From: a virus
Virus record (IMG/VR): IMGVR_UViG_3300045988_039573
Span: 1 to 42,091 of that record
DNA length: 42,091 nt
Direction: 5' to 3' (one strand)
In this document: positions 33,246 to 39,970 of the stretch, piece after piece
Layout: the number at the start of each line of letters is the position of its first letter
How positions within the stretch are numbered: position 1 is the stretch's first letter
The notes under the pieces: generated by a model
What the model was told of the DNA's origin: nothing
Database searches by the model: none
The model's input: only the letters and a program-made list of their open reading frames with translations
Translations under genes and position numbers: made by a program

Positions 33246-33456
33246 TCCCTTTATGACCGCGCTTGGCGGCGGGCAAATGCCGGGGCCGGTAGGCCAGTTC
33301 CAGCGCATGATGCAGCAGTTCCAGCAGTTCAAGGCGAATTTTCAAGGTGACCCAAAAGCGGAGGTCGAAAAGCTCTTGCAAAGCGGCAAACTCTCGCAGG
33401 CGCAGTTAAACCAGTTACAGCAGATGGCAAAGCAGTTTCAAAGCCTGATGCAGTAA
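33238..33456 (+). CDS. Gln-rich small protein
   Basis: 72 aa. QFQRMMQQFQQFKANFQGDPKAEVEKLLQSGKLSQAQLNQLQQMAKQFQSLMQ. The start overlaps the end of the upstream gene by 8 nt. Confidence 0.6.
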   Translation: MSNPFMTALGGGQMPGPVGQFQRMMQQFQQFKANFQGDPKAEVEKLLQSGKLSQAQLNQLQQMAKQFQSLMQ

Positions 33457-33522
33457 TCATCAACATAAATCAACATCGTGGCCACGATTTGATGAATAAA
33501 AATTTTTCAAAGGAGTGATACT

Positions 33523-34296
33523 ATGTCTCTTTCTGACGGCGGCGTTCAGGCCACTATGCCTGTTGCGCCAACCGGCATGATGAACAGCGGCTTTGGCGGC
33601 TTCGGCGGTGATGGCGCGTGGTGGATCATCATTCTTTTCCTGTTTGTTTTCTGCGGCTGGGGCGGCAATGGCTGGGGCAACAACGGCAATTCCGGCGGCG
33701 TGGTCGACGGCTATGTGCTGACCTCTGATTTTGCCAATGTCGAGCGCAAGATCGACAGTGTAAATCAGGGTCTTTGCGACGGATTCTACCAGCAGGCGCA
33801 GCTTGTCAACGGCACCAACATGGCGATGGCAAACGGCTTTGCACAGGCCGAGCTTTCCCGCAGCAACCAACAGGCGGCGCTGATGCAGCAGCTCAACGCC
33901 ATGCAGATGCAGGCCGCGAATTGCTGCTGCGAAAACCGTGCGGCTATCGCGCAGGTGCGCTATGACATGGCGACGCAGGCGTGCGACACGCGCAACACCG
34001 TGCAGAACGCCACGCGCGACATCATTGACGCGATGAACAGCGGGTTCCGCGGCATCGACCAGCGTCTAACCGCGCAGGAGATCGCTGCGAAGGACGCGAA
34101 GATTGCTGAACAGAACCAGCGTCTTTTTGCTGCTGACCTCGCGGCCTCTCAGGCTGCTCAGACGCTTGATATGCGCAACTATGTTAGCGCACAGTTCGCG
34201 TATTACAACCCGCGCCCCGTTCCTTCTTTTGAGGTTCCTGCACCTTATCAGTACGGGGGTTGCGGCTGCGGCTGCAATCAGGGCTGCGGCTGCTGA
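33523..34296 (+). CDS. Membrane-anchored coiled-coil protein with Gly/Trp-rich N-terminus and Cys-Gly C-terminus
   Basis: GFGGFGGDGAWWIIILFLFVFCGWGGNGWGNNGNSGG (TM), internal CCCENR, a Gln/Ala-rich coiled coil, and a C-terminal GGCGCGCNQGCGC. ATG follows an AAAGGAG RBS. Confidence 0.7.
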   Translation: MSLSDGGVQATMPVAPTGMMNSGFGGFGGDGAWWIIILFLFVFCGWGGNGWGNNGNSGGVVDGYVLTSDFANVERKIDSVNQGLCDGFYQQAQLVNGTNMAMANGFAQAELSRSNQQAALMQQLNAMQMQAANCCCENRAAIAQVRYDMATQACDTRNTVQNATRDIIDAMNSGFRGIDQRLTAQEIAAKDAKIAEQNQRLFAADLAASQAAQTLDMRNYVSAQFAYYNPRPVPSFEVPAPYQYGGCGCGCNQGCGC

Positions 34297-34325
34297 CAAC
34301 TGCATAGCATAGCTTTTTGTTGGCG

Positions 34326-34347
34326 ATTTTGTTGACGTCAACAAAAT
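34326..34347. promoter_or_regulatory. 22-bp perfect palindrome
   Basis: ATTTTGTTGACGTCAACAAAAT equals its own reverse complement. It lies in the intergenic gap after the 33523 gene. Confidence 0.5.
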
Positions 34348-34377
34348 GTTCGGCCCCGTGCCGATACTGACAACAAC

Positions 34378-34410
34378 GCGGCGGGGCTATTGCCTCGCCG
34401 CTGTATTTTT
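34378..34410 (+). terminator. Rho-independent terminator
   Basis: GCGGCGGGGC-TATT-GCCTCGCCGC (one G-U pair) is followed by TGTATTTTT. Confidence 0.7.
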
Positions 34411-34426
34411 AGAAAGGACTGAACTC

Positions 34427-34642
34427 ATGAAAACGATTGACGAGCTGAAACAAGAATTTGTAGACCATCTTGCTGCTATGGATAAGTCCGAAATGAGCAT
34501 GGTCGAACTCGCAAACTATGCCGATCTGCTGCATAAGGCGGACGCTCTTTTCAAGCCAAGCTATACAGATGTACTTGCATCCGGCTTCATTCCCCCTTTT
34601 GCGGCAACTACTTGGAAAAAGGAGGAGAAGAAAAATGGCTGA
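34427..34642 (+). CDS. Hypothetical protein (71 aa)
   Basis: The MKTIDELKQEF... start was chosen downstream of the terminator that the longer track ORF (34346) would span. Confidence 0.5.
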   Translation: MKTIDELKQEFVDHLAAMDKSEMSMVELANYADLLHKADALFKPSYTDVLASGFIPPFAATTWKKEEKKNG

Positions 34643-35057
34643 ATATAGTAATTCCACTATTGTTTCTGTTGCTGCTGGGCAAAACGTCCCGCTGACCGAA
34701 ACGGCGGTCAACAGCAAGCCCTGTATCGTGCATCGCCAGGGCGCAGGCATTGTCACGCTGCGCGGCCTCACCAATCAAAACCGCGCCCTGTTTCGGGTCT
34801 CCTTTGGCGGCAACATCGCTATTCCCACCGGAGGCACGGTTGAGGCCATCACGGCGGCGCTTGCCATCAACGGAGAGCCGTTGACCAGTGCAACGGCGAC
34901 TGTCACGCCTGCGGCGGTAGAGAACTACTTTAACATTTATGTTTCCGCACAGGTCTGCGTCCCGAAAGGCTGCTGCCTGACGGTCGCAATGGAAAACACC
35001 AGCACTCAGGCCGTCAACTTCGCCAACTCGAACCTGACGGTTGAGAGAATCGCGTGA
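34635..35057 (+). CDS. C1q/TNF-like jelly-roll protein resembling the BclA C-terminal domain
   Basis: All-beta pattern: ..VSVAAGQNVPL...IVHRQGAGIVTLRG....ALFRVSFGGNIAIPTGGTVEAITAALAINGEPLTSATATVTPAAVENYFNIYVSAQVCVPKG.CLTVAMENTSTQAVNFANSNLTVERIA. The RBS is AGGAGG. Confidence 0.5.
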   Translation: MAEYSNSTIVSVAAGQNVPLTETAVNSKPCIVHRQGAGIVTLRGLTNQNRALFRVSFGGNIAIPTGGTVEAITAALAINGEPLTSATATVTPAAVENYFNIYVSAQVCVPKGCCLTVAMENTSTQAVNFANSNLTVERIA

Positions 35058-35070
35058 AAGGAGAATGGAC

Positions 35071-35496
35071 ATGAGTAAGAAAGCAATGTATGAGCTTCGC
35101 AATATGCTGTGCGACGAACTCGACGAACTGGCGCGCAAGGGCGATCTGGGTGCGGGCGACCTTGAGATCGCGCACAAGCTAACCGACACCATCAAGAACA
35201 TCGACAAGATCGAGATGATGGAGGACGACGGTTATTCTCGCGACGGAGACTATTCGCGTCGCTATTCCCGCGATGGTGATTATTCCCGCGGCGGCGACTG
35301 GCAGGCCGATATGCGCGGCACTTACGGCAGGGGCAGCTCCTATGCTCGCCGCGGCACGCATTACGTCCGCGGGCACTACAGCCGCGCCGACAGCATGGAG
35401 CACCTGCGCGAGCAGATCAACGACATGATGCGCGAGACGGACGACGACCGCGTAAAGGAAGCGCTGCGGCGTGCCGCGAGCTTGATGGAGGAATAA
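35071..35496 (+). CDS. Hypothetical protein with central (D)GDYSR / Arg-Tyr-Gly repeats
   Basis: Helical ends flank DDGYSRDGDYSRRYSRDGDYSRGGDW...GTYGRGSSYARRGTHYVRGHYSR. ATG lies 7 nt after an AAAGGAG RBS. Confidence 0.6.
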   Translation: MSKKAMYELRNMLCDELDELARKGDLGAGDLEIAHKLTDTIKNIDKIEMMEDDGYSRDGDYSRRYSRDGDYSRGGDWQADMRGTYGRGSSYARRGTHYVRGHYSRADSMEHLREQINDMMRETDDDRVKEALRRAASLMEE

Positions 35497-35510
35497 GGGG
35501 GTGCGTCCCC

Positions 35511-35846
35511 TTGATCGACGAAAACGAGGTCAATCTGTGGATATCGCGGCTTGAGACGGAGGAATCGAGTTGGCCCAATTACCAGAAGCTGGCGGCGCTG
35601 TACATCATCCAAAATCAAAACGCGGCCAAAGAACCGGAAAGACCGATGTTGTATTCGGCATCTCCGGCGCCGGTCAAAGCCTATACGTCTGAAACGGTAG
35701 GCAGCTACGGCGACAGCGATTTTTTGCAGGCCGTCTCCGACATGGCCCCGGCAAGAGCGTGGGAGGTCATGGACGAGCTGATGGACAGCCTTAAAATCGT
35801 CAACGAGCGCGTGTACAACAGCGTGATGCGGAAGCTCGAAAAATGA
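35511..35846 (+). CDS. Hypothetical protein (111 aa, TTG start)
   Basis: This is the only long in-frame ORF here. TTG lies about 9 nt after GGGGG. The RBS sits in the hairpin AAGGGG-GTGCGT-CCCCTT. Confidence 0.45.
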   Translation: MIDENEVNLWISRLETEESSWPNYQKLAALYIIQNQNAAKEPERPMLYSASPAPVKAYTSETVGSYGDSDFLQAVSDMAPARAWEVMDELMDSLKIVNERVYNSVMRKLEK

Positions 35847-35880
35847 GAACACCCCCGTCGTAAGGCGGGGGTGTTCTTTT
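35847..35880 (+). terminator. Rho-independent terminator closing the accessory cassette
   Basis: An 11-bp stem GAACACCCCCG / CGGGGGTGTTC is followed by TTTT. Confidence 0.8.
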
Positions 35881-35920
35881 GGGCATAATTAACCTTTGGG
35901 AACACCAAGGGCAAATATGC

Positions 35921-37219
35921 CTAACGGGGCGTTACAAAAAACGCGCCGTCGTCATCTGCGTCAATTCTCCGGATAAAGCGCGTCCAAAATTCCTTTTTTT
36001 CTTCCCGGGAGTAAGTGTCATATTCAGCAAGTCCATTTCGCAGCGCGTCAAGGTTTGTTTTCGGCTTTTCCTCTACCGCTTCAAGGGATTTTTTCAAGCT
36101 CGCATACTCCTGCTTGTATTCGTCCAGCTCGATCAAGTCGTTAAGATAAAGCGTTTTCAGTTTGCTCATTTTCTTTCGTATCGCGTCCGCGCTTTGCGTG
36201 GGCTTTTTTTCTGCCTTTTTGTAATAGCGATTGTTTCGCTCGGCAATCCCTTCAAGCTCATGCAATAAATAATCTTCCAGCGCGTCTTCGCGGATCCTCT
36301 TTTTGTGCTGGCACGCGGAATTGTCGAGCATGCGGGTCCTGCAACGGTAGTATGTATAAATCTGCTTTGCCGTTTCCGATTGCATCGTTTTCCCACACTC
36401 TTTGCAATGCAACAAGCCGGAGAACAGATAAACGCGATCTGTCTCAACTCCTGCGCAGCGCTGCGACCGCTGGCGGAGAATATCATTTACGATGTCGAAA
36501 TCCTGCTTGCTTATTAGGGCGGGGCAAGCGTTCTCGATGCCGTACACCTCGCCGATATAAAGCCGGTTCCGGAAATAGTTTACATATTTGGTATACGCCC
36601 TGTCAATGCCCCACGTCTCGAGCATATACTTCTTTACGCCCAGCACGCTTTGCAGTCTGATATACGCCGCAAACATATCTCGTGCGGCATCTGCCATATC
36701 GTTATCAATCTGGTATTGCCTGTCCTTAACAATATACCCTAAAGGCGCTTTAGACCCTGCAGGTTGGCCCTTTGCCCGTTTTCCGTCGTTGATAAATTTG
36801 ATCCGCTCGCTTGTGCGGTCGGCCTCGTCCTGCGCGACGGAAAGCATGATATTGACCTTCAATCGCCCGGACGCGGTGCGCGTCTCGTAGTCCTCTTCCG
36901 TCGCTTGCCATGTCACGCCGTATTTGTCAAGCTGTGTCTGTACATCGTAGTATCCCGCGACGTTGCGGAACCAGCGATCGAGTTTAATAAACAAGATCGT
37001 GTCTATTTTCCCCGCTTTGCAATCGTCCAGCAGCCGCAGAAGCGCAGGGCGCTTTTTGTACGGCTTTCGCGCGGATATTCCCGCGTCCTCATATATGCCA
37101 ACCACGGTCATTTCATTCGCTTTGGCATACCTTGTCAGCGCGTCACGTTGCTCTTGTAATGATAGCCCATGCCGCGCCTGCTCCTCGCTCGAGACGCGGA
37201 TATACAATGCCGCTCTCAT
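35921..37219 (-). CDS. int: Large serine recombinase (integrase)
   Basis: MRAALYIRVSSEEQ contains the nucleophile Ser motif. Resolvase and recombinase domains follow, then the zinc ribbon CKECGKTM...YYRCRTR...ACQ and a coiled coil. The RBS is GGAGGGGGG. The 19-codon upstream extension in the track was rejected. Confidence 0.9.
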   Translation of the reverse strand: MRAALYIRVSSEEQARHGLSLQEQRDALTRYAKANEMTVVGIYEDAGISARKPYKKRPALLRLLDDCKAGKIDTILFIKLDRWFRNVAGYYDVQTQLDKYGVTWQATEEDYETRTASGRLKVNIMLSVAQDEADRTSERIKFINDGKRAKGQPAGSKAPLGYIVKDRQYQIDNDMADAARDMFAAYIRLQSVLGVKKYMLETWGIDRAYTKYVNYFRNRLYIGEVYGIENACPALISKQDFDIVNDILRQRSQRCAGVETDRVYLFSGLLHCKECGKTMQSETAKQIYTYYRCRTRMLDNSACQHKKRIREDALEDYLLHELEGIAERNNRYYKKAEKKPTQSADAIRKKMSKLKTLYLNDLIELDEYKQEYASLKKSLEAVEEKPKTNLDALRNGLAEYDTYSREEKKEFWTRFIRRIDADDDGAFFVTPR

Positions 37220-37635
37220 CGAACCCCCCTCCAAAATCCGTAATCTATGCAATGGAAATCGATATACACGCACCACGCAGCGAGAAAAACGGTGATGAGG
37301 AACAATATAGCAATCACGCCGTTTCGGATACGCACGCCGCGCCGCATGATCTCAATCATGTCCGCTTTTGCGTCAACATGGCGTTCCAGCTCATCGTTGC
37401 GCGCCTGCAATGTCTCCTCGTTCCTGGTCAACCGTTCGGAAATCCCGAACGCTTCATCAAGCGATATTCCAAGCGCTTTGCAGATCGGCGCGACGGTGTA
37501 GATGGACGGAGATTTCGAAAACTTGGAAAAGAAGTTCTGCACGGTGGACAGCGGTACGCCGGAAGCGTCGGAAATGTCTTGATAGGTCAGTTTCAATTCT
37601 TCTTTACGGATTCTACACACTTCTTGAATATTCAT
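37216..37635 (-). CDS. XRE-type HTH regulator with coiled coil and C-terminal transmembrane anchor
   Basis: LTYQDISDASGVPLSTVQNFFSK is an HTH. VIAILFLITVFLAAWCVYIDF is a TM segment. The stop overlaps the integrase ATG (ATGA). Confidence 0.7.
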   Translation of the reverse strand: MNIQEVCRIRKEELKLTYQDISDASGVPLSTVQNFFSKFSKSPSIYTVAPICKALGISLDEAFGISERLTRNEETLQARNDELERHVDAKADMIEIMRRGVRIRNGVIAILFLITVFLAAWCVYIDFHCIDYGFWRGVR

Positions 37636-37799
37636 TTACGCCACCTTAATTTTTTCCGATTTTCGCGCCGCAAAGTCGCAAGATAAGGTCTTGTCGAGCC
37701 ATGTCGAGCGCTGTTTTATTGCAAGGCTTCGGCATTGAATTACCAAGCCAAAGTGGGCTACGGTAAAGACAAGCAGCGGCGGCCGATCCCCGCTGTCTG

Positions 37800-37839
37800 C
37801 AAAAAAGCCCTCGCCGTTGTTGCAGAGGCGGCGAGGGCT
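37800..37839 (-). terminator. Rho-independent terminator (minus strand)
   Basis: On the minus strand, AGCCCTCGCCG-N12-CGGCGAGGGCT is followed by TTTTTT. Confidence 0.75.
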
Positions 37840-37843
37840 AACC

Positions 37844-37987
37844 TTACTTCATACCAAGGAGCTTGCCAAGTTTTCTTTGCCGCCCTGCTTTGGTCGTTGG
37901 GATCCCAGTTCCTTTTGAAATTTTCCTTTTCATCTTCGTGATTCCGAGCGCACGTTTCCAACTAAAGGACAGGCCGGGGATCTTCAT
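37844..37987 (-). CDS. Possible very basic 47-aa peptide
   Basis: MKIPGLSFSWKRALGITKMKRKISKGTGIPTTKAGRQRKLGKLLGMK. The ATG overlaps the upstream stop (TAATG), and the ORF ends 5 nt before the terminator. Confidence 0.35.
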   Translation of the reverse strand: MKIPGLSFSWKRALGITKMKRKISKGTGIPTTKAGRQRKLGKLLGMK

Positions 37988-38457
37988 TATTGATTCACCA
38001 CCCTTTCAACTTTTTCAATCATCTTAGCACATAGATCGCGCCCATGCTTGAGACTTTCTTCCGGCATTTGGTCGGCATACTCGTCAACGATAGCCGCGAT
38101 GCTTTGAGCCTTTTTTACCTGCCCGCGAGATAGGCCGAAAATATGCACAGTTTCTTTTTGGATGTACCGAGAAAGAAAACTGTTTGTATGGGTAGCCTTT
38201 TCGTTTTGTAGCATTTTGGCGCATTCGTTCGGGGAAACCCTTCCACCAGCCATACACTTAGTATCGCCACCTGCGACCTCTGCTATCTGCGCTACGGTTT
38301 GCTCTGCAAGCTTGTACCGGGAAAAGTATGTTTCGATGTTATCCGTATTGGCAATGATGCGAATGCAGTCGGCAAATATTTGCGATTGACGCTTAACAAA
38401 GGCAGTTTCCGCAGCGGTCATTTTTTTCTTGCCGAAAAGCGAGCCTAAAATACCCAT
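37987..38457 (-). CDS. Hypothetical protein (156 aa), lysogeny-region accessory gene
   Basis: Clean ORF in a lower-GC segment with no recognisable motif. Confidence 0.55.
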   Translation of the reverse strand: MGILGSLFGKKKMTAAETAFVKRQSQIFADCIRIIANTDNIETYFSRYKLAEQTVAQIAEVAGGDTKCMAGGRVSPNECAKMLQNEKATHTNSFLSRYIQKETVHIFGLSRGQVKKAQSIAAIVDEYADQMPEESLKHGRDLCAKMIEKVERVVNQ

Positions 38458-38563
38458 TTACGCTTCCCCAATCTTTTGCAAATATTATTATTTTGTTGCA
38501 CAGCGCCGTGCAGCAAACGCCTGTTGTGGGAATAGATATAAATACCGAAAAGGAGGTCGAAGC

Positions 38564-38716
38564 ATGGACGCACAGGTGCAAGCGGCGGTGGCGCTTTATC
38601 TGCTCCTAACGCCGAAGCAGAAAGACGAAATGCTCGCGCTGATTGAGCGCATCCTCGCGGAAGAGGAGCGAAAAATAGCCTTAGAGCTAAACGGAGGGAA
38701 GCAAGATGTTGTGTAA
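38564..38716 (+). CDS. Hypothetical small protein (50 aa)
   Basis: ATG follows an AAAGGAGG RBS. The N-terminus is MDAQVQAAVALYLLLTPKQKDEMLALIERILAEEERK.... Confidence 0.5.
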   Translation: MDAQVQAAVALYLLLTPKQKDEMLALIERILAEEERKIALELNGGKQDVV

Positions 38717-38828
38717 TGACGCGAAATGTGATACAATAAAGTATCAAGAAATGCTAGAAGAAGCCTTTGACCTGATACAAAAGTTATCCGACGAACAACT
38801 TCAAAAAATCATGGAGGCTCTAAAATGA
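38706..38828 (+). CDS. Hypothetical small protein (40 aa)
   Basis: MLCNDAKCDTIKYQEMLEEAFDLIQKLSDEQLQKIMEALK, overlapping both neighbouring genes. Confidence 0.4.
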   Translation: MLCNDAKCDTIKYQEMLEEAFDLIQKLSDEQLQKIMEALK

Positions 38829-39001
38829 AAATTTGGGCGATCAGTAAAGAAAAAGGCGCCGAGTATGAAATCGGTCTGGAATGTGACGGCATGGATCGCG
38901 AGACCGCAATGACCGAGCTTTACCGAATGGCGCGAAACCTGTTTACCGGGGAACTTGAAATGTTCTGGAAAGAGGGCGAAGCCGGAAAGGCCGCATTTTA
39001 A
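38825..39001 (+). CDS. Hypothetical small protein (58 aa)
   Basis: MKIWAISKEKGAEYEIGLECDGMDRETAMTELYRMARNLF.... ATGA coupling upstream. Its stop overlaps the stop of the convergent gene (TTAA). Confidence 0.45.
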   Translation: MKIWAISKEKGAEYEIGLECDGMDRETAMTELYRMARNLFTGELEMFWKEGEAGKAAF

Positions 39002-39369
39002 CCGTTGGCTTTCCGCTTGCACTCGATCACGGCATTTAACTGCTTCAAGATCGCGTCACAATTTGGGCTGAACCGCTCTATCAATCCGCTGAGTTTGTCA
39101 ATTTCGACCGCTATTCCCCCGGTTGCCTTTGCCCGATAAACGGCGACGGCATCGGTCGCGGCATGGAAATCATTCGGAGACGGGTATTTTGCGTAAAGGG
39201 AAACGGCAGATACCATTTTGTCAAAATCGGCATCGCAGGCCGTTTCCTTTTCGTGCGCCCATATTGTTTGCAGCTTCTTTATTTCTGCCTTTGCCGCCTG
39301 TTTTGCAACGACCCATGCGACAATGCCGGAAATAGCAGCACAGCCGAGTGAAATGATGATTTCTTTCAT
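38998..39369 (-). CDS. Membrane-anchored protein co-transcribed with the repressor (possible superinfection exclusion)
   Basis: N-terminal TM MKEIIISLGCAAISGIVAWVVA, with an ATGA overlap with the CI-like gene. Confidence 0.55.
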   Translation of the reverse strand: MKEIIISLGCAAISGIVAWVVAKQAAKAEIKKLQTIWAHEKETACDADFDKMVSAVSLYAKYPSPNDFHAATDAVAVYRAKATGGIAVEIDKLSGLIERFSPNCDAILKQLNAVIECKRKANG

Positions 39370-39758
39370 TGGTCTTCCTCAAAAGCAGCGCGGCCCATTT
39401 TTATAAACCGCTCCAGCTTTTCCGGCGGCAATGACAACACAAACTGAATACCGGCCTTCTGCAACTCCGTATAGCCCTCGCCCTCTGTGGCGGGGGCTTT
39501 TTTTACGCCCTCGGTCTTCGGATCGGGGGCTTTTTTTGCGCCCTGCGGCGGCAGGACGGGAAGATCGTCACCGTCCAGCTCGGCAAGCGTGATGCCGAAA
39601 TGGTCGGCGATCTTCTGGCGGGTTTTTGGATATGGAATGCACTCTCCGGACTGCCAATTCAAAACGCCCTGGTTACTCGCGCCAATTATTTTTGCAAACT
39701 TGTACGCGGTGTATTTCTTTTGCTCCATGCAGTAATTGAAGTTTTGAGTAAATGGCAT
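39366..39758 (-). CDS. CI-like XRE-family repressor
   Basis: YTAYKFAKIIGASNQGVLNWQSGECIPYPKTRQKIADHFGITLAEL is an HTH. The gene faces the switch region. The RBS is GAGGA. Confidence 0.7.
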   Translation of the reverse strand: MPFTQNFNYCMEQKKYTAYKFAKIIGASNQGVLNWQSGECIPYPKTRQKIADHFGITLAELDGDDLPVLPPQGAKKAPDPKTEGVKKAPATEGEGYTELQKAGIQFVLSLPPEKLERFIKMGRAAFEEDQ

Positions 39759-39803
39759 AAATTCAATCCTCTATACTTGTGCAATCCAACGGTCAAGTCT
39801 TTA

Positions 39804-39832
39804 TTGACAAATACTCAAGTCTGGAGTATACT
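39804..39832 (+). promoter_or_regulatory. Sigma-70-type promoter, rightward
   Basis: TTGACA (39804-39809), a 17-nt spacer, then TATACT (39827-39832). TCAAGTCT repeats flank the -35 at 39793 and 39815. Confidence 0.55.
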
Positions 39833-39912
39833 AAAAACCGTGGACAGGCAATAAAAGACCGAACCACCCCGACAAATCGAGCTGGTGAGAAACATATAGT
39901 TGTCGCAAACTT

Positions 39913-39941
39913 AGAGTATCACCATTGCTCCAATTTGTCAA
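39913..39941 (-). promoter_or_regulatory. Putative leftward promoter (extended -10) facing the rightward one
   Basis: The minus strand reads TTGACA-N17-TACTCT, with TGA immediately 5' of the -10. It would transcribe toward the CI-like gene across the rightward promoter. Confidence 0.35.
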
Positions 39942-39970
39942 TAGAATACTCTAATTTTGGAGGTGAAAAA

